The notes beneath the pieces were generated by a model. That model worked only from the letters and a program-made list of their open reading frames with translations. It had not been told where the DNA came from and made no database searches. A stretch of DNA of 64,000 nucleotides from Octopus vulgaris (lineage: Eukaryota), in the NCBI GenBank assembly GCA_951406725.2, contig OX597814.1:175832001-175896000 (forward strand), written 5' to 3'. Below, piece by piece: positions 20,528-35,458 of the stretch. Position 1 is the first letter of the stretch. Every line of letters begins with the position of its first letter. The position numbers and the translations under genes were made by a program.

Positions 20528-21289
20528 TTATAAGAAAGCTTAAATACTATATAACATTAATTTAACGACTACACACCACCCTTAAGGGATCAGCATTTTG
20601 AATATAATTTCTTAATACAAAATAAGTGGAATTAAATGAGAAAATTTGCCATATTACCCGATGTGCCATGAAACGATGAAATTTTGAATTCCCTGTGTGA
20701 TTATGTAGTATTCTGATAAATGATTCAGCGATGATATTTTTCTATCGATTGTTGCATTCTATGTCCATAGCTGATTTCAGGATGCATCTTTACATAACAC
20801 TTTAATCTAATTCTGTTTAATTTGATTTAATGGAATTTATTAAAACACAAACGCAAATACGCAATTAAACATATTGAGAGGATTACGAATGTCTTGTCAA
20901 AATTGCAATTATAGAAATCGCACCTTCCACTTTTTTCGTGTTAATACACATATTGTTGTTGTTGCTTTTGTCGCTGGTGTCATTGTCGTTGTTGTCGTTG
21001 TCGTTGCTGTTGTTGTTGTTGTTTTTGTGTAGTTACCTTTTGGCCAGATCCGGTCCAGCAATCCGATTATAAATCGGTAACCGACCGAACCATACGCCAA
21101 GACCCACAGTTGCTTCTTCCACTAGCACTGTGTCCACCTAACCGAAGATATTCAACGATGGATATTAAGATGAAGAGGAGTGTATGGCAGGTTTGATAGC
21201 CTTCAACTAACACTATCCTCCGAGACGCTGCGGCGCAAGTTAACCACAATTTAGAGTATGATAGAAGTCTTGCTCTTCCTTCCGGAGTA

Positions 21290-21569
21290 GAAAAAATTCA
21301 AATCGGACCATGTTAACACTAAAAATTATTTACATCAAAAAGGTGCTTTTTTTCTATGAATATCCCTATTTTTTACGATTTTTTTACTGTTGTGTCGCGA
21401 TTTTTCGGTGTATTTCAACCAGAAAAATGTTCACTTAAAGAGACATACATACAAGCTACATACAAGATACATACATACAAGCTACATAATGTACATTTTT
21501 TTACTTTTCAAAAAATTCCAATTTTAAAGGGTCGAAACAAACCCGAGCAACGCCGGGCGATATTGCTAG
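21290..21569 (+). mobile_element. Helitron 3' end, related subfamily (5' boundary uncertain)
   Basis: Ends aaacccgagcaacgccgggcgatattgCTAG|T, like 17413-17805. Confidence 0.75.
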
Positions 21570-21624
21570 TTACTTTATATAGAGTTATGTTCTATGTTTT
21601 GTGGCCTATATAGGAAACAAATGT

Positions 21625-22055
21625 TTACTCTTTTACTTGTTTCAGTCATTTGACTGCGGCCATGCTGGTGCACCGCCTTTAGTCGAGCAAATCGACCCCG
21701 GGACCTATTCTTTGTAAGTCCAGTACTTATTCTATCGGTCTCTTTTGCCGAACCGCTAAGTGACGGGGACGTAAACACACCAGCATCGGTTGTCAAGCAA
21801 TGCTAGGGGGACAAACACAGACACACAAACACACACACACATATATATATATACATATATACGACAGGCGTCTTTCAGTTTCCGTCTACCAAATCCACTC
21901 ACAAGGCATTGGTCGGCCCGGGGCTATAGCAGAAGACACTTGCCCAAGATGCTACGCAGTGGGACTGAACCCGGAACCATGTGGTTGGTTAGCAAGCTAC
22001 TTACCACAAGCTACTTACCACACAGCCACTCCTGCGCCACACAGCCACTCTTGCG
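21625..22055 (-). mobile_element. SINE family A, full length, with short tandem duplications in its head
   Basis: Reverse complement of 20114-20527; caagctacttacca x2 and cacacagccactc x2. Confidence 0.93.
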
Positions 22056-22798
22056 TTTGTCAACTTTCTGCATCTCAATCATTTTATTTATGCTTTTTTC
22101 CTTGTTTTGTTGTTTAAATTCTGTCTGTGTGGCGTTGGTGTATTGTGTTTTAGGTTATCTTTGGTTTTGATCAAGTTGCATAGTTCTGGTATGTAATTGA
22201 GTTGTATTTACTTGTACTGCCTCGTGGAATACGTTGTCTATAATTATAGGTCTATGTCGATAATCATCTAATTGAATGTATGTTTTGTAGTATCAATGTT
22301 CCTAATTAATGATGCCGTTGAGTTTTAAATACCTTGATTCTGTTCCTTGGTGTGAGTTTGTTTTGTCAAAGTTTGTGAAAAGTACTTTACTTTCTTCATT
22401 GATACACGAATGCGATATTACGATAATTGATCGTAGGTATGAGTGAGTTAGAGGGTTGTTTGTGCACATAAAGACTTTTATATAGGCGAGGCATATCTGT
22501 GCGCATGTGTGAGTTATTTAAGATGTGAAAAAATCTTTATATGCAATGCTGTTGCATATATTGTTGTTGTTGTGGTTGTTGTTATTATAATCAGCAGAAG
22601 CATCATCATCGTTATTATTATATTTTCCGAAAAGCAGGATATCTTAAGTGAATTGAAATTTCTCCACTGTTTGTGTTAAGATGAATTTTAAAGTGATGTA
22701 AAGTTGTGGGCATTATTGATAACGTAAGTGGTGCTCTCTTTCTCTCTTTTTCCCCTCTCTCTCACTCTTTCTCTTCACACACACATACATATGCATAC

Positions 22799-22873
<75 letters not shown>

Positions 22874-22966
22874 CCAAACATGAAAACACAAAGAGAAAAA
22901 ACACAAAACGCGAGGACGTGGAACAAGTATAGTATTATTGGACGCTCAGGGAAGAAGAAAAGAAGG

Positions 22967-23001
22967 GTTTAACGTTTCGAGCGGAGCTCTTCGCCGGAAA
23001 C
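22967..23001 (-). ncRNA. Degenerate minimal type I hammerhead ribozyme in a PLE-like terminal fragment
   Basis: Minus: GTTT-CCGGCGA-A-GAGC(tcc)GCTC-GAAA-CG-TT-AAAC. Stems I and II are intact, but the core CUGANGA is mutated. Confidence 0.6.
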
Positions 23002-23593
23002 ATAATCAAAGGAAAGATCCAAAGAAGGGAAGACGGAGGAAAAAAAATCGCATATTTATTTATTACACTATTGTATGACTGAGCGCCCGCGCGTCGATTC
23101 GATTCGTTTCGTTTCGTTTCGTTTTTTCTTCTCCAAGTACTGTTTTTATATATAATTATGACGCGAAACTCTATGCTCTTTGCTTGACCTTCCCTTCTTT
23201 CCCTATCTCTCTCTCTCACTCCTCCTCATCTCTCTCTCGGCCGCTTGTCTTCCTCTATCTCTCTCTCTCTCACTCCTCCTCATCTCTCTCACAGCCGGCC
23301 GAATACTTCCTTTCGCCTGCGGCCTCCTAACTGTAAACACACGGTTTTTCTTGCGCTCTTAGAATCTTCCTCGTCTAGGCCAAAAAAAGGCCCTCTTCGT
23401 TTGTTTTCTTGTTTGTTTTTAATTCTCGTATTGTATTTTTTTGTAATTGTATTTTTATTTTGTATTTTATTTTGTATTTTATTTTGTAATTTTATTTGTA
23501 TCGTTTTTACGTCCTGTTTGTGTCACATTTTTTTCTTTCCTTGTTTTTACCCCTCTGCGAAGTAATTTTATTAAATACTTTCGCAGGAAGGGC

Positions 23594-23667
23594 TAGTTCG
23601 ACGAGTCGTGTTCTGTCCTCACCTTCGAAACACGCTGGAGTTGAACTAAGGACAGCTGATGAAGGGG
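23594..23667 (+). ncRNA. Hammerhead ribozyme with non-circularly permuted (pseudoknotted) strand order
   Basis: CGTG-T-T (23607-12) pairs with GAAA-CACG (23627-34). CTGTCCT (23613-19) pairs with AGGACAG (23649-55), which directly precedes CTGATGA (23656-62). CTTC (23623-26) pairs with GGGG (23664-67). Outer helix TAGTTCGAC/GTTGAACTA. Confidence 0.75.
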
Positions 23668-23927
23668 ATTTTTCCTTGTGTAGTTTGTCTTGTACTCTGT
23701 TTTTTCGTTGTAAAAAAATGGTCCGTTCCATGCTTGTCTTTACGTTTTCGTTTCTCGTTGAGTTCTACGTCTATTTGTGGTGTCCTGTACTCACGTTTAT
23801 ATATTTATATATGCATGTATATATACATGTAGATGTAGGTACGTGTATGTATGTATGTATGTATGTATGTATGTATGTATGTATGTATGTATGTATGTAT
23901 GTATGTATGCATATATTTTATTTATTA

Positions 23928-23964
<37 letters not shown>

Positions 23965-24002
23965 TGCGGCCTTCTGGTTAAAACACTTTTAAGGATTTAA
24001 GG

Positions 24003-24035
<33 letters not shown>

Positions 24036-24369
24036 AAGAAAGGGATAGGGAGAGAGAGAAATAGATAGTGTTATGTGGACGCCCCCAGACGATGAAGTAG
24101 GCTAGCCCAATACGTAGATATAGAGGGAGAGGCCTAGACATCAGAAGCACAGTCAAAGCAGAGCGGAGTTGAGTAGAAGGTATTCGAACGTGCGACATAA
24201 CAGATAGATAGATAGAAATAGATAGATAGATACATACATACATACATACATACATACATACATACATACATAGATTTGTTGTATTAATGTTTTTGTGTTG
24301 CTGGTTTCATTTTGAACGTTTGCATTTCTAGTATAGTAAACCTTAGAAGTTTTTTCCAATTAATTTAAA

Positions 24370-24420
24370 CTGCCCCAGCATGGCAACAGCTCGTGAGCTG
24401 AAACAAGAATCAATCAATCA
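24370..24420 (+). mobile_element. Isolated 3' tail of the CR1-group LINE at 55775-57060
   Basis: tgccccagcatggcaacagctcgtgagctgaaacaagaatcaatcaatca resembles 57011-57060. Confidence 0.75.
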
Positions 24421-25299
24421 TATCGTTCGCTGTGTGTTCCTAGGGGCCACATGACTTCGTGCATGCTATAAAGCCTATTCCATAGTAATAGAGTCTATTC
24501 AAACTTATCGAAGGATATGCAATGCCTGTGACATGGTTGTTAAAATACTTCCTGGATTATTGTCGCGTGAAATTCTATGCAAGAAAATAAAATACTTTAG
24601 TTCTCTTAAAATACCTCGCAGGTCGTTAAAGTTGAGTTGTATTATTTCGAGTATTTTCCCGCTATGTTTATAAGTGTTTGCGTTTTTTTTTTTTTTAGTG
24701 TGAAGCATTCAGTTTTTGTAATGTTAGGAAGAGACATAATAATGTTACTCCATGTTTCCATGACGTTGTTACGACCGTTGTCTGTGATGTAGGTATTGTT
24801 TCTAAAATGTACTTTTAAGTGGGATTTTGTAAGTGTTATAAAACAAGTGGAGCTTCCGTAAACGATATTGCTTTAATGTATTTGTGTAGCTATCAAGAAA
24901 ACGGTTTTTAAGGAGTTTAAGATTAATGTGGAGTCTTTCAGATAATACCCGAACATGACTATATATTTCTGTCATTCTTTCCACCAGGATTTCTTTATTG
25001 CCATATTATTCCTAGGTTGAAATTATCCAGTATGTTGAATGATTTTTAAGCTTTTAAAATAAACAGTTGGAAGAAATTTGGCTACAGCAAACCAAGAGAT
25101 AAAGTGTGGTTTTCTTTCTTGACTAGTGTTTAATTGTTACTGTTGCCAGTCAACCCTTGGCGAGTAGATCTCCGATTAATAACGTTCCAACCCATTTTTT
25201 CCCCTATTTGATGCAGATATGCGGCGGTAGTGGTATTGTTGTTTCTTGCTTCGTTTTTTTTTCTTTTGTTTTGCTTTGGTTTAAATTTAATTTTTATAT

Positions 25300-25516
25300 A
25301 CAAAGTGGGTGTTGAAATGTTCTTGACTTTAAGGGTTTCGTGGAAAGCATTGTTGCAGGCCCAACCTTTCGAGTTCTTTTACAGGGTTTATAAAAAAACT
25401 GAAGGACTTGCAATAAGTAAATGCGAGAGGTGAAATATGTTGCATAAAATCATAATGAACTGATCCTCCTGTATTTTCTTTTACCCAAAGCCAAAAACTT
25501 TTCAGCACCCTCTCAT
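25300..25516 (+). mobile_element. Mariner-derived MITE (degenerate), same family as 61030-61238
   Basis: Shared gagttcttttacaggg...aatatgttg..taa..tcataat core; TIR remnant aacttttcagcaccctc. Confidence 0.7.
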
Positions 25517-25549
25517 ATGATAATGATATATATATATATTATGTATTAT

Positions 25550-25569
25550 ATTATATATATATATGTCTG

Positions 25570-25626
<57 letters not shown>

Positions 25627-25751
25627 GTGTATATATATATGTATATATATATGTATATATATATGTGTATATATATATATGTGTATATATATATATGTGT
25701 ATATATATATATGTGTATATATATATATGTGTGTATATGTGTATATATGTG

Positions 25752-25782
<31 letters not shown>

Positions 25783-25983
25783 ATATGTGTATATATGTGT
25801 ATATATATATGTGTGTATATATATGTGTGTGTGTATATGTGTATATATGTGTATATATATATATATATGTTTGTATATATATATATGTGTGTGTATATGT
25901 GTATATATGTATATATATATATAAGTGTATATATATATGTGTATATATATATATATGTGTATATATGTATATGTATATATATA

Positions 25984-26018
<35 letters not shown>
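25550..26018. repeat. (TA)/(TG) microsatellite
   Basis: Directly visible. Confidence 0.97.
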
Positions 26019-26019
<1 letters not shown>

Positions 26020-26483
26020 GAAGAATACAGTGTACGTTCAAACACAAAAGAGATACCCGAAGAATAGGATATCTGACTCGCCAGAAAGAGCAGTTAAAAC
26101 TCCAAACCACCAATTATTGTAATTCCGAAAGTGATAAAAAATAAAAACTTTTACCTTAATCCTAGACCCTGCAAGGTTTCTGCAGACTTAAATACAAACT
26201 GATTACTGTATGGCTGATTACTTATAGCTCCATGTCTATGGATTCAGTCTTTGCAACCTACTGAGGACGCAGCGCCAGATATAGGCTGAGATTATTTTAT
26301 TTCAGTCTGTATTTAAGTCTGCAGAAACCTTGCAGGATCTAGGATTAAGGTAAAAGTTTTTATTTTTCAATCACTTTCGGAATTACAATTGGTGGCTTGG
26401 AGTTTTAACTGCTCTTTCTAGCGAGTCAGATATCCTATTCTTCGGGTATCTCTTTTGTGTTTGAACGTACACTGTATTCTTCT
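26019..26483. repeat. Long inverted repeat: arms 26019-26202 and 26302-26483, 99-bp spacer
   Basis: Arms are reverse complements with few differences; bounded by (TA)n. Confidence 0.96.
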
Positions 26484-26734
26484 CTGAATAATATATAGTC
26501 TATTGACTAATTTTTTCTTTCTCGCTAGACCACTGGTAACTAACACTTTTCTTATGAATATTCTTGCTACCCTAAATTTTTAATTATATATATATATATA
26601 TATATATCTATATTGTATTATATTATATTGTATATAAGGCCTGCTCGCCTAGCTAGCCGGGTAGCATCGTTCGAAAGCTTAAACGATGCGATTCACATTG
26701 TGTAACAAGATCCGAAAGTCTGGTCGATACCGTG

Positions 26735-27726
<992 letters not shown>

Positions 27727-27789
27727 ACTCTGTGTTTGTGTGCGTGCGTGCGCGCGTGTGTGTGCGCGTGCGTGTGTGTGTCTGTGTCT

Positions 27790-27995
27790 GTGTGTGCGAC
27801 CACTTCATGACAACCGGTGTTGGTGTGTTTACATCACTGTAACGTAAGCAGCTCTGCAATAAGAGACCGATTGGATAAGTATCACGCTTTAAAAAAAAAG
27901 AAAAAAGAGAAGTATTTGGGTAGATTCGTTCAACTGAATTTCTTCATGACGGTGCTCCAGTGTGGCCGCAGTCTAATGACTGGAACAAGTAAAAA
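27790..27995 (+). mobile_element. SINE family A, 3' half
   Basis: gacaaccggtgttggtgtgtttac...cggtgctccagtgtggccgcagtctaatgactgg. Confidence 0.8.
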
Positions 27996-28794
27996 TTTTA
28001 AAAAATTCCAGTTCGAATTAAGCAGTAAAAGGCCTCCCGATATTGTTGCTGCTGTTTACGACTGGTACTGTCGTTGATAGTATTCAACGCGTTAATAAGA
28101 GACAACAAGCAGTTTATAAACCTGATTGACAGGGGGGACAACTTTACTACCAATAAAATAGCTTATCATTACTTCACTGGCGTCTGGTATTATATTAATT
28201 GAACTAAATATATATTGCACAGCAGTATAAAATTTTCATCAATTGCGTTGATCGCCTTATAATTCTTTTATAAGGTTAAGTCAGTGGGTAGTGGATATTG
28301 TATAGATTCAGGTCATACAATGCATGTCTAACACACACACGCACACATGCACACACTCAGAGTAAACAAATTCAGTAACGATTCAGGTTTAAATAGGAAT
28401 TTCTATTTTTATTTTTTTTTACCTTTATAAGAGACAGCTGACAATAGGGTACATACATGTTACATGCACCCTGCTTTTATTGCCAGGCTTTGATCTTTAA
28501 AAATTGCATCTTGTAGTTTAAGTGCCATGCGTTGTCCTTGGAATATGCATGCATGTTCATTGAGTGCATATCAGCTTTCTCTCTATCTCTATCTCATAAT
28601 CTCTCCCTGTTGATCGATCTACCCACCTGTGTATATGTGTGTGTGTGTGTGTGTTCAATTAAAATGGATATTTTATATTCTATCATTTCATTATATTATA
28701 TTATTATAAGATTGTAAATAAAACGTGAAAATCAGACAAAGTTGGATTTTCTTTGAGTAATATATTCTTCTATACACAATCATACACACACGTG

Positions 28795-28849
<55 letters not shown>

Positions 28850-28880
28850 ATGTGTATGCATGTATATGTGTATGTATGTG

Positions 28881-28911
<31 letters not shown>

Positions 28912-28912
28912 A

Positions 28913-28955
<43 letters not shown>

Positions 28956-29000
28956 ATGTATATATATATATGTGTGTGTGTGTGTATGTGTATATATATT

Positions 29001-29047
<47 letters not shown>

Positions 29048-29062
29048 ATGTATGTATGTATG

Positions 29063-29395
29063 AAGACTGCCTTCGGTCATGAATGACCATGAGATTGCAC
29101 CTAGAAAGTTACACTCCGAGGCATAAGTCCGGACAAGGTTGCTTATGGAAGGCCAGCAGTTGCCCATGCATACCAGCCTTCCCTCTCCACGCCACCGATG
29201 TTATCTAAGGAAAAAGCAAAGGCCAATATAGCTTGGCATCAGTGACGTCGCAGCTCATTTCTAAAGCTGCGTGAACTGGAGCAACATGAAAATAAAGTGT
29301 CTTGCTCAAGAACACACCACACAGCCCAGTCCGGGAATCGAACTCACTACCTCATGATTGTGAGCCCGACACTCTAACCACTGAGTCATGCGCCC
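29063..29395 (-). mobile_element. tRNA-headed SINE family C
   Basis: Minus-strand head gcgcatgactcagtggttagagtg...gagttcgattccc (A/B boxes), then gtgttcttgagcaagacactttat. Confidence 0.8.
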
Positions 29396-29812
29396 CCCCC
29401 CTCACACACACACACATCTCTAGAATAAAACAGTTTGTCGATTGTTGTTCATCCTTCATTTTCAAAGACAAATATGACTTCAACCATGCACCGCAACAAT
29501 TGAGGATGCAACCACATAGGCAACTGGAGGCCCACTATTACTCCAGCCTATACTATGCCTTTTGTGCAGAGCAGTTAGGAAGTGGTGATGTTTTCGTTGT
29601 TGCAGTTATGCTTGAGCGACCACCAAAGCGAAAGCTCCGTCACCCGCTTCAAGAACTACCTTAGAACTCAAAGCTGAAGGAATATAGCTGTATATTTCCT
29701 ATAGTAGTCGCACACTTGAGTGGACTGAAATTTTCTGGGGCATAGATAGCTCTTGCTCGGCTCAGTGAGCAACTCAGAAGCTACATGCGTTGATGAAAAT
29801 ATTGGATCCAAA

Positions 29813-30234
29813 GTTTTGCTCAAGGCTCGCAATTTTGGGAGAGGGGAGTTAAGTCGATTACATCAACCCCAGTACTCAATTAGTACTTTTTGTTATCGAT
29901 CCCGAAAAGAATGAAAGGCAAAGTCGACCTCGGCGGAATTTGACCTCATAACGTAAAGACGGACGGAATGCCGCTAAGCATTTTGCCCGGCATGCTAACG
30001 ATTCTTATTTCTTTATTGCCCACAAGGGACTGAACATAGAGGAGACAAACAAGGACAGACAAAGGGATTAAGTCGATTACATCGATCCAGTGTGTAACTG
30101 GTACTTATTTAATCGACCCCGAAAGGATGAAAGGCAAAGTCGACCTCAGCGGAATTTGAACTCAGAACGTAACAGCAGACGAAATAACGCTAAGCATTTC
30201 GCCCGGCATGTTAACGGTTCTGCCAGCTCGCTGC
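29813..30234 (-). mobile_element. Two abutting SINE family B copies (29813-30003, 30006-30234)
   Basis: Each has aagtcgattacatc...aaaggcaaagtcgacctc.gcggaatttga...gctaagcattt.gcccggc. Confidence 0.88.
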
Positions 30235-30872
30235 ATTTGTTGATGAAAATATTTATACAGATTCTATGCTACGGTAAAAACAAAACTGGCTCCACAGTTT
30301 GGAAATCTCTGTCTAAACATCAGCGTATAGAAAAAACTTATAACACTGAAAGACAAGACCTCTCAGGTGAACTTCAAATGTCACGTGCTTCATCTACCTG
30401 TACAATTATATCACAACCAGGAAGAGTGTAGCGTAATTAAGCGAAGTCTCCTCAGAAGCGACAGGTTGGGCCGGCAGCATCCGAACCTAACGCCAAGAGA
30501 TCCTCGTCATGGTCAGCAATCAGCAAGGCACCCTTCCATTCTTTTGATGGATTTTGTATTTTATCATGCATAATATTCACCCCATGTCACTCTTCATCTT
30601 GGAAAAATATTTCCATGTGGAGTTGCTGGTTCAGTCATCGACGACCCGACCATGACAGATATATATAAAATATATCTGTATAAAGATCTTCTTGTATACA
30701 GTGCTCAGGAACAAAACGACGCGTTTTGGGCGCGTTCATTGACATCTCTCGCAACAACGCTCCACATGTAATAGTCCAATGGATTGAGATCTGAGGAATT
30801 AAGATAACCAATGTTAGGGGGTCATGTGATCGTGAAAAATGTGTTACTAGAGACATGTGTGATAGTGCATAG

Positions 30873-31197
30873 TCTTACTTAAAGACATATGGCCTTCCAC
30901 TGCATACACTATCTATCCAAGGCTTAACGATTGATTCCAGGGCCTCAATGTAGGCGACAGAATTAACTCTAAGGCTTTGTGGAAAGAAGTAAGGAAGCAT
31001 CACACGTCCTTCATTGTTGACAACCCCTAAAACCACGACAGTCGCGGTATAATTACGAGGCAAATCCAACATGTGCCTCTAGCTTATAGATTATAATTTT
31101 CAAATCCACCTCGCAAGCTTAACGATTGATTCCAGGGCCTCAATGTAGGCGACAGAGTTAACTCTAAGGCCTTGTGGAAAGAAGTAAGGAAGCATCA
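30873..31197 (-). mobile_element. Tc1/mariner (maT/DD37D-like) transposase fragment with internal ~80-bp duplication
   Basis: VVLGVVNNEGRVMLPYFFPQSLRVNS.AYIEALE..VKPWI....GRPYVF; 30922-31000 is repeated at 31117-31196. Confidence 0.75.
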
Positions 31198-31214
31198 TCA
31201 GAAAAAGTGACAAA

Positions 31215-31545
31215 AACTGCATGAACAGTACGTAGAATATGTACAGGAAGTTAACAGTGAATAAGTCATGAAAAAAAAAAAGACCAGAACGGGAATGGGT
31301 GACATCAAGTGGGGAATTTCAGGAAGCATAGAAGTATTGAAGGATGTAGGGTCTTGACAGCTAACAATTGATGCCAGTAGGTTATTCCATACTTCAGGAA
31401 TTCTGAGTGTGATAAAATGTTTCCGAAAGCCATGGGTGTTTTGATGTTTTTCTGTTGTTTTTTTTAAAATTTTGTAAGCATGTCCACGAGTGATAGGGAT
31501 GTCGAATTAAAAAAGGTGACCAAGGTTGTTACCTTAGATGACAGC
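31215..31545 (-). mobile_element. CR1-type LINE 3' fragment
   Basis: Minus-strand reading TRGHAYKI...FRKHFITLRIPEVWNNL..SIVS, the typical end of CR1 ORF2. Confidence 0.7.
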
Positions 31546-31894
31546 AGCAGGAGACATACCTGTATGTATGTATGTATGTATGTATGTATGTATGTATGTA
31601 TGTATGTATGTATGTATGTATGTATGTATGTATGTATGTATGTATGTATGTATATGACAAAAAGCATACTTTAAAGATTTCTATTTATTTACATATTAAT
31701 TTAATTAAACTAAGAATCAGGATTTTACTTGAACTTGAATAAACAATATGCCGTGTCTCTTGTACTATCTACCTCTTACATTTAAGAACTCTAACATCTG
31801 TGTGACACACACACATACACAAACACACACACTCACATACACACACACACACACACTCACACATTCACACACTGTATATCCATATCTGTACCTC

Positions 31895-32272
<378 letters not shown>

Positions 32273-32446
32273 TGTTGGTTTTTATGTCAAGTAAGATATA
32301 AAGCACAATTTAACATTCAGTCGGAGAATTACTCTATACGTTTTAGTAGAGTACAAGCAGCATTAAAAGTTTGTTTGCGACAGCTTTCTTACTTATTTAT
32401 CGATCAAAAACTTAGGAGTGAATGGTGAATTCTAGTCTATAATATT

Positions 32447-33250
32447 GATTTTGAAATTTTGGTACAAGGCCAGCCAGTTCGGAGGTGTGTGATAAGTCGA
32501 TTATATCGATCACATTGTTTTAGCTGGTACTTATTCTGTCGACTTCCATAGGATGAAAAGTCGACCATGGAGTCATTTGAACTCAGACCGTAAAATTCGG
32601 AAGAAATGCCGCCTCCTGTCTGACGCCGTAATGATTCTGTCTGCTCGCCTACTTATTCTAGTCTATTGATTGTGACACGATGAATAAACTGACTTGAAAG
32701 AATGGAAAACTAGTAATGAAAAACCCAGTTATCTCCCTTAGACAGTAAATAAAGACATGCATCAATTTGTTCCCATTTACTGACATTTATCGATTTCTAA
32801 CAGGCTCAAGGCCGCGTTTTTTTCAAGGAGGGTATAGTCGATTATATCGGCTGCGTTTCTTGGTTAGTACTTTTCCTTCATCGACCCTAAAAGGATGAAA
32901 TCATAGTCAAACTCTGCTGGATTTGAACTGATAAAGGGAGGCAACCAAATACAACAAAGTCATTTTTCTTTGTACAATCGATAGATTGTTAAGCCATAAT
33001 AATAATAATAATAATAATAATGATAATAATAATTATTATTATTATCCTTTCTGTTATAAGCACAAGGCCTGAAATTTGGGGAGGGGATAGTCGATTACAG
33101 CGACCGTAGTGTTTCACTGGTATTTATTTCATCGACCTCGAAAAGGTTAAAGTCGACCTCGGCGGAATTTGAACTCAGAATGTAACGGCAGACGAAATGC
33201 CGCTAAGCATTTCGCCCGGCGTGCTAACGTTTCTGCCAGCTCGCCAATAA

Positions 33251-33284
<34 letters not shown>

Positions 33285-34353
33285 GATATATTTTTTTTAT
33301 TTGCCACCAGGACGAAATAGTAATAATAATCTTTTCTTTATTGACCACTGAGAGTTCATATAAAAGATTGAGGATGGTATAATACTAGAGGAAAGTGGTA
33401 TTGAAACGTGTAAATGAAAACCAAAGAAAATTTTAACAATAAAAATCCCCCAGAGAGGGAGAGTTCCTGGGGCTGCTCGTGGAAACCACACGAAAACCAC
33501 GATCATCGTAACCTCAGGGGTAAGTGCCCTCTCTTTTTTCTTTGACGCATGCTCGGAGTAGCAAGTGGAACTTCGCCAAAGAGGAAAGTGTCTGTCTTCA
33601 GCCCCTCCAGCCTGGTCCACCACACAACCTTGCTCGCTAAGACCTTCAGACAAACACAGCCTCTCCTTCCCGGCCAAAGGGAGGCAGCAAGGCAATTTTC
33701 ACGATGAACTCAGCCGATAGCTGGATCCGTCCTACACACGACAGCAGGTGTTCGACGTAAACCATGATGATTTTAAATTTTGGCACAAGGCCAGCAAGTT
33801 CGACGAAGCGGGTAAGTCGATAACATCGGTCCCAGGGTTCAAGTGGTACACATTTTATCGACTCTGAAATGATGAAAGGCAAAGTCGAACCCGGCAGAAT
33901 TTGAACTCTGAAAGTGAGGACGGACAAAATTCGCTTAAACGATTTGTCCGGCGTGCTAACGATTCTGACAGCTAGTTCAAATTTTAGCACAAGGCCAGTA
34001 GTTTTGGGGGGAGGGGGCTAGTTGATTACATCGACCCCATTACTTAACTGGTACTTATTTTATCGACCACGAAGGGCAAACTCACCTCAACAGAATCTGA
34101 GGTCAGAACATAGGGACGGACGTAATGCCTGTTTCTTTACTACCCACAAGGGGCTAAACACAGAGAAGACAAACAAGGACAGACAAACGGATTAAGTCGA
34201 TTATATCGACCCCAGTGCGTAACTGGTACTTATTTAATCGACCCCGAAAGGATGAAGGGCAAAGTCGACCACGGCGGAATTCGAACGTAGCGACAGATGA
34301 AACACCGCTAAGCATTTCACCCGGTGTGCTAACGTTTCTACCAGCTCGCCGCC
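32447..34353 (-). mobile_element. Cluster of SINE family B copies (32447-32650, 32805-32930, 33046-33245, 33772-33976, 33976-34130, 34131-34353)
   Basis: Repeated cacaaggcc...gtcgat..atcgacc...aagtcgac...tgctaacg.ttct.ccagctcgcc; minus-strand head ggcggcgagctgg.agaaacgttag. Confidence 0.85.
33340..33765 (-). mobile_element. Probable Tx1/L1-group LINE 3' fragment
   Basis: Minus-strand reading YVEHLLSCVGRIQLSAE.IVKI and VWWTRLEGLKT.TFL resembles C-termini of Tx1-like ORF2 (recognition only). Confidence 0.45.
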
Positions 34354-34499
34354 AAATAATAATGATAACAATATGATCTTTTCATTCATATGCCACATGC
34401 ATTCTTTCATGCATACATGTATAATACATACAGGCATACATACATAATACTTCTTTTATCTCTTAATTGCTTCAGTTATTAGACTGCGACCATGCTGTG

Positions 34500-35225
<726 letters not shown>

Positions 35226-35458
35226 GAGGATTAGATCGTTAATTTAACATAAAATAACGAACTTATCAAGTGGTCAGCATGGAAAAAATAACCTTCAATG
35301 GTAATAATTATTAGGATTATAAATTAGGGTATCTACGAGATACCACCATGCTGAAAATAGCAGCCATGAACCGACACTATGACCACCTTAAGTTTTCATA
35401 AAGCAATATGGAGAAAAGACAAAGAGACAAGATGAAACTAGTAAAAAATTACTGGATA

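Noticed and set aside
24440-25030. Short minus-strand ORFs possibly from a retroelement
   Set aside because: No diagnostic motif recognised.
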